A stretch of 63,548 nt of DNA, the filler included, from Octopus bimaculoides (taxonomy: Eukaryota): the NCBI RefSeq assembly GCF_001194135.2. It is 4 parts of 4 records of this genome, joined end to end, with 100 filler letters (N's around TTAATTAATTAA, not from the genome) between each part and the next. Parts side by side here need not be neighbours in the genome. Positions count along the whole stretch, not along the records: positions 18,386 to 47,767 come from NC_068998.1; positions 47,868 to 59,820 come from NC_068983.1; 2 more parts are not named here. One strand, written 5' to 3'. Positions 37,811 to 49,176 of the stretch are shown piece by piece; position 1 is the first letter of the stretch; every line of letters begins with the position of its first letter. Made by a program: the position numbers and the translations under genes. The notes under the pieces were generated by a model. That model had not been told where the DNA came from, did no database searches, and was given only the letters and a program-made list of their open reading frames with translations.

Positions 37811-38795
37811 AAATGTGAAAACCAGGACTTATTCTTTGTAAGCCTAGTACTTATTCTATCGGTCCCTTTTGCCAAACCGCTTTCATTTTTTAAAATAAAT
37901 TTATTGTTTTCTGATTTTTATTTTATGTCTTGTAATGTGACTGGCAGTTCACATGACATTACAGAAGACATTTTTAATTTCATTTTCCACTCGCAAAGCA
38001 GCAATCAAGGGATCTTCAAATAGTTCAGGATTTTCTGAAATGAGTTTTGATAAACAATTAGTTTGTCCTAATTTCTGAGATGGTATATACTCCATCTTAA
38101 AATCATAGTTTAAGAATATATAGTACCCCAGCATTGCAACCTATTAGCACTATGGCTAGGGATTCTTTTCTTCAACCCATATATTGATAATAAAGGATGA
38201 TGATCAGTCTGTAGTCAAAAACTTTTTTACGGCAAAAATAATCACTAGAACCTCTTTTTTTAATTTGACTGAAATCTTTTTCTGCTGATATCAGAGAAAA
38301 ATGAGGCACGAACCACCACCTTCACATTTCATCTTTATATTTATGTAGCATTACTGTTCCAATACCATACTCAGAGGCATCTGAAACTACAACAATCTCT
38401 GCAGCAGGATCGAAGTGTGCTAATGACAAATCAGATGTTAATTTTTTTTTTTTTAATTCGTCAAATGCCTTCTGACAATTTTCAAACCAGTTCCACTTTT
38501 TTTTAATAGATTATGTAGTGGAACTCTTACCTTATAGTTTTGGTAATAATTTGCCAGTAAGAAAAAACTTGTATAGTTGCTATATTTTTCAGAGGGGGCA
38601 TATTTTTTATTGCATCTGCCCTTGACAGATCTGATCAATTTCCATTTCTGTCAATGATTTGTCCTAAGGATTTTATTTTCAGTAAGAAAAATTCACACTT
38701 TTCTTCATTCAAGAGAAAGCCGTAATCCCAAAATTTTTCGAACACATATTTTACATGCTCTACGTGTTGGTCCCAGGATTCACTTTTAAAGGGTA

Positions 38796-40245
38796 CTAGC
38801 AGTACAGCCCGGCGCTGCTCGGGATTAAGCTAGCATTATTAAGTGATCAAGTGCTTTATTTCAAACCAAAATAAGTAACATGGACATCAGATTTGAGCGA
38901 AATCCGTTGAAATTGGTTTGGCTGAAAATGGTTTGCTGGCAATTTGATTGGGAAATCCCATAAGGAATCAGTTTATTGGTTATTTCCACTCATTGACTGT
39001 TTTTTTTAAAGTTGCATTAGAGATCTGCATAGGAGAAGGTTGATCTGAAGGTTTGCATTGGGGATGTGGATTGGAGTAACTTAAGAAAACTTACCAAACA
39101 GCCTTAACCAAAAAATAAGGGGCCTGTCCCTTCTAGGTTAACTATAACCCTAACCCTAAACCTGACCCTAAAACCGTAACCCTAACACCAACCCTAATCG
39201 TAATCCTAACACTAACCTTAACCCTAACCCTAATCCTAACCGTAAAACTCTAACCCTAACCGTAAAACCCTAACCGTAACACCCTAGTGGAAATCGTGTG
39301 GTTGTTAATCTGAAACATTACAAAACCCATTTTGTGGTCCGAAAAACGGGTTGGGGGGCGGTGACTGACAAATTGTTACATACGTTTTTGTTTCATAGTT
39401 GTGAAATATAAACAAAACTCTTTCGCTCCCAAAGTTGTATATGTGCGTGTGTGTGAGAGTGAGAGCGGGGAGAAAGATGAACGATTTAAAACAAATAAAT
39501 GATTTAAAATAAATATATTTGAATTGTTGTGTGAGAAAGTATATATAATCTCATTATAGAATATAGTGTCTTTCAAAAACATCGTATATTTTAAACTATA
39601 TCTCATGTTTAAGAAAAAAAANNNNNNNNNNNNNNNNNNNNNNNNNNNNNNNNNNNNNNNNNNNNNNNNNNNNNNNNNNNNNNNNNNNNNNNNNNNNNNN
39701 NNNNNNNNNNNNNNNNNNNNNNNNNNNNNNNNNNNNNNNNNNNNNNNNNNNNNNNNNNNNNNNNNNNNNNNNNNNNNNNNNNNNNNNNNNNNNNNNNNNN
39801 NNNNNNNNNNNNNNNNNNNNNNNNNNNNNNNNNNNNNNNNNNNNNNNNNNNNNNNNNNNNNNNNNNNNNNNNNNNNNNNNNNNNNNNNNNNNNNNNNNNN
39901 NNNNNNNNNNNNNNNNNNNNNNNNNNNNNNNNNNNNNNNNNNNNNNNNNNNNNNNNNNNNNNNNNNNNNNNNNNNNNNNNNNNNNNNNNNNNNNNNNNNN
40001 NNNNNCCTTCACGCGCATATGCACAGATTTGACTTTGCCATGTCAACAAACTTCAAAATTGGTAAAAGTTTATCGATTTTTACAGCTATACGCGGGTGCC
40101 TCTGAGAGAAATATTTGGCGAAAATGCAACATAATGTCATGACACATCACCTCCTAAAATTGGAGCGACATGCGTGCTAATTTGTGGACGTGCATAAACT
40201 ACATTCACGCACACACACACACATCCTCTCTTTTATATATATAGA
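38796..40245 (-). mobile_element. Non-autonomous Helitron
   Basis: Minus strand A|TC...CTAG|T; subterminal hairpin cccgagcagcgccggg about 8 nt before CTAG; removal restores the Gypsy RT frame YLDDIPFKSESWDQH. Confidence 0.88.
39145..39286. repeat. Degenerate (TAACCC)n array inside the Helitron
   Basis: taaccctaaccctaaacctgaccctaaaaccgtaaccc.. Confidence 0.9.
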
Positions 40246-40719
40246 TATCATCCAGATATAGAATTGTGAATTCACAATCTGCTAACATTGCATCCATAGT
40301 CTGTTGAAAAATCTCCAGTGCGACTTTCAAGCCAAAGGGTAATCTGTTGTATTTTCACAGTCCTTTATGTGTGTTAATTGTTAGGTATTTAGAGCATCCA
40401 TCGTCTACTCTAATTTGTAGGTTCGCATCAGAGAGATCCAATTTAGAAAATATCTTGCTACTGTTTAATTTCGCAAATATATCCTCCAGAGGTGGCGGAT
40501 AGTGGCATGTTTAAAGACATTTGTTTAAACTAGTGGAAAAATCAGTATACACATTAATTTTATTATTCTTTTAAGTAAAAGTTTCTTTCAATCTAGGTCA
40601 CCTGATTTTTTCCCCACGTATCTGTGTTAATTATCAAGATATCGCTGACCATATCCAATTGTGATTTTATGTTTGTGTTATTAATTTTTACGTACACAAA
40701 TTTCCTTTGAGGCTCTCTC

Positions 40720-41105
40720 TCCTTACTCTTTTACTTGTTTCAGTCATTTGGCTGCGGCCATGCTGGAGCACCGCCTTTAGTCGAGCAAATCGACCCCAGG
40801 ACTTATTCTTTGTAAGCCTAGTACTTATTCTATCGGTCTCTTTTTGCCAAACCGCTAAGTTACGGGGACATAAACACACCGGCATCGGTTGTCACGCGAT
40901 GGGGGGGGGGGGGACAAACACAGACACACAAACACACATACATATATATACGACAGGCTTCTGTCAGTTTCTGTCTACCAAATCCACTCACAAGGCTTTG
41001 GTCGACCCGAGGCTATAGTAGAAGACACTTGCCCAAGGTGCCACGCAGTGGGACTGAACCCAGAACCATGTGGTTGGTAAGCAAGCTACTTACCACACAG
41101 CCACT
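40720..41105 (-). mobile_element. OR1-like SINE inserted between Gypsy gag and protease
   Basis: Reverse complement of the 5547-type head and tail. Confidence 0.9.
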
Positions 41106-42258
41106 CCATTCATATTTCTTGTCACCAATACCCTGCTTATGTGATTTTTTTCTGTTGAACCGTTTTTAAAGTTTTGTTTTACAGTGATTTTTTATGACCT
41201 ATCTTACGACATTTGAAGCATTTTATATTTTTAAATGGACAGTTACTTTTAAAATGTAGATCACCACACCCATAACATGGTTTCAGTCTTGACCTTTTTT
41301 TCTCTTTTTTCATATCTGTTACCGGTTGACACGCATAAATACGAGAGCAATCTTTTTCTCCAATTTTATCTGCATCATATCTTAGATTTATAATCCTCTG
41401 GCATTCTTCTGCTACTGCCTGTAGAGTTAATTTTTGGTCCTGTTCTAATTTTTTTAACATCCGGGAGTGTATATCTACCTCTTTGGTTCCAGTTAGCCCT
41501 TCTACAAAAATTAGAGATTTGAACATGTCAGGGGTTAGTTCATTTAATTTGAATTTTTCACACATAAGTGACGAAATCTTCATCATCCTTTTTGACCAAA
41601 TTTAAACATTGCCATCAAGGAAACTTCTTTCACTGAAAATTTTCAATAAAATATTGTTTCATTGAAACAAATCTCACCTGGTTTCTTTGGCAGAATATAA
41701 TTACTTCATTTTTCATGTTCGGCATACTTTTTTCTCGTTAGACCAATTTTTACAATCTTCTTAGAAGATTTCTTCATATCTTCAAAAATATGCAGAGAAG
41801 GTAATCCCTTCTTCTGGATTATAACTGAATTCTTCAATTTTGCTATGCTGTCTGGCGAATATGAAACTCAAGTAGTTTCAAGCTTCTTCAACATTAATAC
41901 CAGCAACTATTAGTTTTGTTATAGTTACTGTTGTTGTTGTTCACAGCTGTTTCTGGGATGTCCCAAGTGATAGGCTAGCATGTCCGTCCTCAGAGACAAG
42001 GTAAGTATGCATGAAAGTTCTAAACAGGGAAATTCACAGTTTATAAGCAATAATATAGAAGAATAAAGAGTAAAGTAGATAGAAGAATACAGACAGGAGA
42101 ATGAAGTTCACAGTTTATCTTTTTCCAGAAGGTATGGAGGTTGACCTGTACTTCAATGAAGGTTTAGGTCCTTAGGTGTAGTCTCAGGTAAATCCAGACA
42201 GTATTTTGAATGATGTGTTCATGTTGAAGTGATTAGCTAGTATATATATATATATATA

Positions 42259-43056
42259 CTAGCAGAGGCACCCAGCGTTGCTTGGGAATGAAATTGTTGC
42301 TTATATACTTGAAGAAAAAAAGGCAAAATATGCTGTATAGAAATTTGAGGACATTCTGTAGATGGACTCTCAGATGAATGATGGCTGGGCGCCTCTCATG
42401 AATGGCGAAAATTGAAGATGTGCCAAAAAGCCTCATTGGTACTTGGAAACTTTTACNNNNNNNNNNNNNNNNNNNNNNNNNNNNNNNNNNNNNNNNNNNN
42501 NNNNNNNNNNNNNNNNNNNNNNNNNNNNNNNNNNNNNNNNNNNNNNNNNNNNNNNNNNNNNNNNNNNNNNNNNNNNNNNNNNTGACTCACTCACACTCTG
42601 TCTCTTACAAACACGCACGTGCGCACATACACACGTGTGTCTTTGTAAATAGGTTTGTATACATTTATGTATGTGTGTGTTTGTAAGAGACAGAGTGTGA
42701 GTGAGTGAAGGGGTGTGTGTATGCGTGTGAGACAGAGTGAGAGAGCGGTGTGTATGTAGTATTTACTCTCTCTTTCTCTCTCTCATACACACGAACACAC
42801 ACACTCACACACAAAATAGAGAGTGAAGCTTTTTTGCCGCTGTTACGTCAATACCGGAAGTCGACATTGAGGAACCTTTTTAAAGAAGTGAATCTTAAAT
42901 ATAAAGCAATATTTTTTATTTTTAATTAAAAAAATCAAATGAAGAGCCTAAGATTTATCCGAGGTCAAATTATTCTCGCATCACAAGTATGGAAGCATTT
43001 GGTGAAGTCGATTTCACATGATTACATATACATCTCTGTTTTATATATAGTATAGA
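42259..43056 (-). mobile_element. Second non-autonomous Helitron (gap inside)
   Basis: CTAG at 42259-42262 next to hairpin cccagcgttgcttggg; other end ..ctctgttttatatatagtataga resembles the 40245 end; sits in an (AT)n run so the 5' boundary is +/- a few bp. Confidence 0.7.
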
Positions 43057-43150
43057 TATAGATATATATTACAGTTCTATATTTAAGAGATGAGGAATTA
43101 TTTACATTATTTACATTTGACGGATATTCGTCCTCATCTTGTTTGTTGTT

Positions 43151-43196
43151 AACACAACGTTTTGGCTGATATACCCTCCAACCTTCGTCAGGTGTC
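43151..43196 (-). ncRNA. Minimal type I hammerhead ribozyme motif, probably inactivated (G12A)
   Basis: Minus RNA GACAC-CUGACGA-A-GGUUG-gaggguauau-CAGCC-AAAAC-GUU-GUGUU: stem I, core, stem II and palindromic ACGU stem III. Confidence 0.65.
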
Positions 43197-43239
43197 TTGG
43201 GGAAATTTTGAACCTGGGTTCTCATTCCTATCGATGTTA

Positions 43240-43362
43240 CTATTATTATTATTATTATATTATTATTATTATATTATTATTATTATTATTAATCAGGTCG
43301 CTGCCGTGAATCCAACTCGGAACCTTGGGGTTAGTAGCCCGCGCTCTTAACCACTACGCCAT
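43240..43362 (-). mobile_element. Short tRNA-like SINE with (AAT)n tail
   Basis: tggcgtagtggttaagagcgcgggctactaaccccaaggttccgagttggattcacggcagcgacctg then (aat)n; no proper acceptor stem. Confidence 0.75.
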
Positions 43363-46146
43363 ATGGATGAAAATAAGCAATTTAATTTAGACTGGTTAAT
43401 TCTCTCTCTCTCTCTGAATCACCACTTCCACCATTTCCTCTTCGACTCNNNNNNNNNNNNNNNNNNNNNNNNNNNNNNNNNNNNNNNNNNNNNNNNNNNN
43501 NNNNNNNNNNNNNNNNNNNNNNNNNNNNNNNNNNNNNNNNNNNNNNNNGAAAGAGCATATAGATGTAAACATTGGCAAAGATATACATTTAGTTCATATA
43601 AGTAACTCCTACAACTTTATATAACTGGTTCAACTTACCTATTTATTTATTTATTTATTTACATACTACAAGCTATACAAGTTAATTATACCATTATATG
43701 TTATCTGAACACTTTCTATCTTTTGAATCCAAATTAGGACATCCAGCACTTCTATATAACATGAACTTAAACATTACTTTCAATATAACATAACATCAAC
43801 ATTACTTTCAACAATGATCAATACGATGGATCTCCACAACTTTATACTTTTGATTTCATTGCTCCTTCTTACATCCATCTCCCTTCAAAAAAATACATAA
43901 ATATATTTTTTTCCCAACATTATTACGTATAACATACTGTTCTACACAAAATAGAACCCTTTACTTTATTTTATTCATAAGTATATCCTTGCATCAACAC
44001 CTATTGAGTGTGGATATCGAAGTAAATTTTAGTACAAATATTAACTTAGTTCAAACAAGTAATTTTTTAACTCCATTAATTCTTTTACTTTCCCCTTCTA
44101 ATTTCCATTTCATTTAATAACACACTCTCTCTCTCTTTAGATCAACAGAACATTTATCACCTTTATATATTGTTAAACACTTGATCTCTTACTAGTACAC
44201 ACAAGCATCATTTTCCTATATAAATAACATTACCATTACCTTTATTACCACACGTTTATCGTGTGTGTGTGTGTGTGTGTATGTATATATATATATANNN
44301 NNNNNNNNNNNNNNNNNNNNNNNNNNNNNNNNNNNNNNNNNNNNNNNNNNNNNNNNNNNNNNNNNNNNNNNNNNNNNNNNNNNNNNNNNNNNNNNNNNNN
44401 NNNNNNNNNNNNNNNNNNNNNNNNNNNNNNNNNNNNNNNNNNNNNNNNNNNNNNNNNNNNNNNNNNNNNNNNNNNNNNNNNNNNNNNNNNNNNNNNNNNN
44501 NNNNNNNNNNNNNNNNNNNNNNNNNNNNNNNNNNNNNNNNNNNNNNNNNNNNNNNNNNNNNNNNNNNNNNNNNNNNNNNNNNNNNNNNNNNNNNNNNNNN
44601 NNNNNNNNNNNNNNNNNNNNNNNNNNNNNNNNNNNNNNNNNNNNNNNNNNNNNNNNNNNNNNNNNNNNNNNNNNNNNNNNNNNNNNNNNNNNNNNNNNNN
44701 NNNNNNNNNNNNNNNNNNNNNNNNNNNNNNNNNNNNNNNNNNNNNNNNNNNNNNNNNNNNNNNNNNNNNNNNNNNNNNNNNNNNNNNNNNNNNNNNNNNN
44801 NNNNNNNNNNNNNNNNNNNNNNNNNNNNNNNNNNNNNNNNNNNNNNNNNNNNNNNNNNNNNNNNNNNNNNNNNNNNNNNNNNNNNNNNNNNNNNNNNNNN
44901 NNNNNNNNNNNNNNNNNNNNNNNNNNNNNNNNNNNNNNNNNNNNNNNNNNNNNNNNNNNNNNNNNNNNNNNNNNNNNNNNNNNNNNNNNNNNNNNNNNNN
45001 NNNNNNNNNNNNNNNNNNNNNNNNNNNNNNNNNNNNNNNNNNNNNNNNNNNNNNNNNTATATATATATATATATATGCAATACTTATACCTAACACAAGA
45101 CAGCACATATTGCTATATAGTCATCAACATATACTTAAATATGTACATACAAACACATACATACACAAGTGTGTACATGGATGTCCCACAGGAATGTGTG
45201 ATGATCAGTTGGAAAGGAAGTGTGACATCAGGTAATGAAGAACTACAGTCAGTGTGAAGTTGGAGGATGAAGAACTACATTACACAAAAAATCCAACTGT
45301 GTATGACTAATTCATCTCTGAGCAAGTTTGCTTGCTGGGCTGGTCCATGGTTTCCCAGCTGCTGACTTGGCTGTTGGAACCATGTTGGTGTCAGCAGGCC
45401 GTGTTTTGCAACAAATTTTTCTTCTCCTTTTCTTTTTTTTGTGTGTGTAGCGGGGGTTTGCTTTGTACTGCAACAATTGGAAGTTTCATCAATCATAGGT
45501 ATGTAATGTCACAGTTATATTTTTTAATATAGTCTTCCTTGCAAGTGAATGATGGTTTAATCTACTCACTTCTGCTTATAGCTGTATTTTATTCTGGTCT
45601 TGTTATTGTTGTATGTGGTCATTGTTGTCATCATTGTTGATTTTCCCTCTATAATCAAAAGTACACAACACAGAGTGTTCTGAGTAAGACAGTCACTTAC
45701 ATAAACATCACTCACTCTCTGTCCCTTCCTTATTCATTTACACATTCTCTGCATTTCATTCCCGAGTGGCGAATATTTCTTCACAAACCTCCATGTTTTC
45801 CTTTCCAAGCAAAAACAGAGAATTTTGCAAAACAAAATTTAAGACTACAGAATTAACTCTATTCTTGTTAGGCTGAGAAGTAAAACATAAAGCCACCAGG
45901 TAGAATCCTATCTGCTCCTTCACAGAGGTAACCAAGATCAAGTGTGTCTAGGCTGTCATCATCATCATTATTTTTTAATGTCCACTTTTCCATGCTTTCT
46001 TTAAGTTTACGTCTTTGAAACTCACTCATGAGGCTGGGGCTGTAGTAGAAGGCACTTGCTTAAGGTACAATGCAAAAGGACTGAACCCAAAACAACATGG
46101 TGGGGAAGTAAGCTTCTCAACCACAAAAAATTAAAACACAGCTTAC

Positions 46147-46253
46147 CATACTTAAGTTCAAATTCAGCAGCATATATATGTGCAATAGCAAATTTGCGAG
46201 CAATTGACCGAGCTTGGCGAAACAATGATTGACCATTATCAACATTTTCTTCA
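46147..46253 (-). CDS. TTK: Internal coding exon of an Mps1/TTK-like kinase gene (N-terminal TPR region)
   Basis: Acceptor ttttcctattttcag, donor G|gtaagc, 107 bp, phases 2 and 1; EENVDNGQSLFRQARSIARKFAIAHIYAAEFELKYG aligns ungapped with recalled human TTK [36 protein letters not shown]. Confidence 0.75.
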
Positions 46254-46646
46254 CTGAAAATAGGAAAAATAAAATAAGAAAATACAAGAAGCAAAGATAA
46301 CTAAATTGTTAGGATGAAAAAAATTCATTAGTCTCATATGCTCAAGTTTAGGTATAAGCTGGCAAAATATCTATATCAAAGAAAGGGTGACTGATACCTG
46401 TTTCTAACACTAATAACCTGTGAAGTAAGTACAAGGCATACTTTTGGGGAAAGCACAAGTAAAAGGACACAATACAATGCTATTAATTAGCTCACAAAAA
46501 ATAATGTTTACCCAGAAAAATAGAATTTGGAAAACATACACCAAACACACATTTTGTTCTATATATGTTATTTTTTTTAGTCAGGCACATAAATTTTATG
46601 TCTTTATATATATGTGCATGCATATGTGTACACACATTATATATAC

Positions 46647-46683
<37 letters not shown>

Positions 46684-47685
46684 NNNNNNNNNNNNNNNNN
46701 NNNNNNNNNNNNNNNNNNNNNNNNNNNNNNNNNNNNNNNNNNNNNNNNNNNNNNNNNNNNNNNNNNNNNNNNNNNNNNNNNNNNNNNNNNNNNNNNNNNN
46801 NNNNNNNNNNNNNNNNNNNNNNNNNNNNNNNNNNNNNNNNNNNNNNNNNNNNNNNNNNNNNNNNNNNNNNNNNNNNNNNNNNNNNNNNNNNNNNNNNNNN
46901 NNNNNNNNNNNNNNNNNNNNNNNNNNNNNNNNNNNNNNNNNNNNNNNNNNNNNNNNNNNNNNNNNNNNNNNNNNNNNNNNNNNNNNNNNNNNNNNNNNNN
47001 NNNNNNNNNNNNNNNNNNNNNNNNNNNNNNNNNNNNNNNNNNNNNNNNNNNNNNNNNNNNNNNNNNNNNNNNNNNNNACGTTTATTTACGTAATTAGTCG
47101 AATATGAAAATTTACTCTTTACACAAATCCATTGGATTCTCTCCCTTTCTCCTTCCACTAACAAAAAAATTTTTTATTACCATTATTATTAATTTTAAGA
47201 ATTTTCTGCAGTTCATTATGTCTTTTTTTAATTTAAACTTAGTATAGCGTTCATAGCCTCTCTCCCAAAACAGCTCCCTGTAAACTAGCGTTCTTGTTTC
47301 TAACGGTCATTTAAACTTAGCTACATAGTGTTATTCCTCGTACATAATCTTAGCATTCAGCACAAGTCTTGCATTTGTAACAAGGTCCCCTGAAGATAAA
47401 ATTATATGTATAAACCAGCATCTCTTATTCCTTTGGAGTAGAGTGCATATAATTTTTGAAATCTGTGTAGGAGTTAAAGGGACTTATTGATTATATGCAT
47501 TTTGCTCCATTTATTATTATTCTTAATTAATTATATATATATATTACGGAGATGTACTTGCATAGCAAGTGACCTGATCTGAGATAGTGTGCTAGAACGA
47601 AAACAATTGCAGCGTGGAAGGTGTTTATGAGCCATTTAAAATAACACACAAAATCCGTTAGATTCACTTCAACATTTAAATTCAA

Positions 47686-47736
47686 TTTGTCAAAATATTT
47701 TCGTCGCTTTGAGACCGCGACCTGTTCACTGACAAA
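47686..47736 (-). ncRNA. Minimal hammerhead-like fold with G3-C8 swapped core
   Basis: Minus RNA UUUGUCA-GUGAACA-G-GUCGC-ggucucaaa-GCGAC-GAAA-AUAU-U-U-UGACAAA: 7-bp stem I, 5-bp stem II, GAAA, palindromic AAUAUU stem III. Confidence 0.55.
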
Positions 47737-48648
47737 ATTCTGTGCTGCATCACTGCTGCAGAGATGCNNNNNNNNNNNNNNNNNNNNNNNNNNNNNNNNN
47801 NNNNNNNNNNNTTAATTAATTAANNNNNNNNNNNNNNNNNNNNNNNNNNNNNNNNNNNNNNNNNNNNATATATATATATATATTTAAGAATTGTAGCGCA
47901 TTGTGATCAGCTATGTATAAGGATATATGATTGCTCGGTCGATTGAAATGTTATAATTATGAAATGATATCTACTAACGAGAATCGTAAAATCTTGCTGT
48001 TCTGTTAATGTCATTGTGAAGACGACGGCGAATGACAGACAAGGTAGATAAGAAAATTGGAGTGAGCGAGAAAGAGAGAGAGACAAAGAGAGAGAGATAG
48101 GTGGGGAGAGAGTGGAGAGAGTGTAAGAGAAATGGAAGAGGAAGTTGTGACAAAAGTTATTTGAAGAGCAGATAACAGGCAAAGAGCAGAGAAAAAAAAG
48201 GAACAAACAGGTGTATTGAAATAGATGTTAAATCATATACAAGTGCCCGCACCCCTATATATACACACACACATATATACATAAACTAAGAACTGTAATT
48301 GTTAGTTTTGGTGATGTTAGATAGGATATCTTAGAAGGAAGTTATATATTATTGTAAACTAAAATTTGAGTAGTGACATAGATTTCCCGCATGTACTTTA
48401 GTGCAAATGATTATAGTCAAGTAACGTCATCGCCACAACCACAACTACCTTGACTACCAGGAACAACGACAACAACAACAATAAACAACAGCAGTCACAA
48501 ACAACAACAGTCACAAACAATACATAAACATCATTGCCATTTAATATTATCCTCTCTTAAAGGCAGCGAGCTGGCAGAAACGTTAGCACGCCGGCGAAAT
48601 ACTTAGCAGTATATCGTTTGCATATAAGTATGTTGTGCATATAAGTAG

Positions 48649-48923
48649 CTCGTGTGTATATCGCTGGCGAGAGATAATCGTCCGGTGGAGCTACCTTTTG
48701 GTATTAATATTGCTTCTGGCGCTATTAATTAGCTTTTAATAAGCAAACTGGACTTTTGCGGCACCAGTGCCTGAATAGACACTGTGAATCTCTGTGTATC
48801 GCTGCCCTCTCTAGCTGCGGATGTATACCATTGACAAGGCCAAGAAAGGCTGAAATCGCCTAACCTGAGCAGTGCCAGCGGCGGTAGCGAACGATTGTCA
48901 CCCGTTAGCGATATGAACACGAG
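48649..48923. mobile_element. MITE with degenerate ~36-bp TIRs
   Basis: ctcgtgtgtatatcgctggcgagagataatcgtccg vs reverse complement of right end ctcgtgttcatatcgctaacgggtgacaatcgttcg; TA on the right, near-TA on the left. Confidence 0.7.
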
Positions 48924-49104
48924 TACATATATGCGCCATTAGTTCTTATCAGAATTTCTCTCATGGTAAAAAATGCAGTATTCTATGTTCTAACATAACC
49001 TCCACTTTTAAGTGAAGATAAATATGATAATATAAGATAATGTATGATATGCTTGTTATAAAGAAATTCATATATCAGCTGCCTATCCATTTATCCATTC
49101 ATCC

Positions 49105-49176
<72 letters not shown>

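Larger units (their letters stand above)
37950..41930 (-). mobile_element. Decayed Gypsy/Ty3 LTR retrotransposon (gag, protease stub, RT, RNase H), interrupted twice
   Basis: Gag with CYGCGDLHFKSNC and CFKCRKIGH knuckles (41179-41586); QLDMVSDILIIN protease stub (~40650); FSKLDLSDA..LPFGLK..YLDD (40250-40560); LAHFDP..VVSDASEYGIG RNase H; NYDFKMEY. Confidence 0.92.

Noticed and set aside
43293-43362. Possible tRNA-Ser gene
   Set aside because: No proper acceptor stem, altered T-loop and an (AAT)n tail indicate a SINE head
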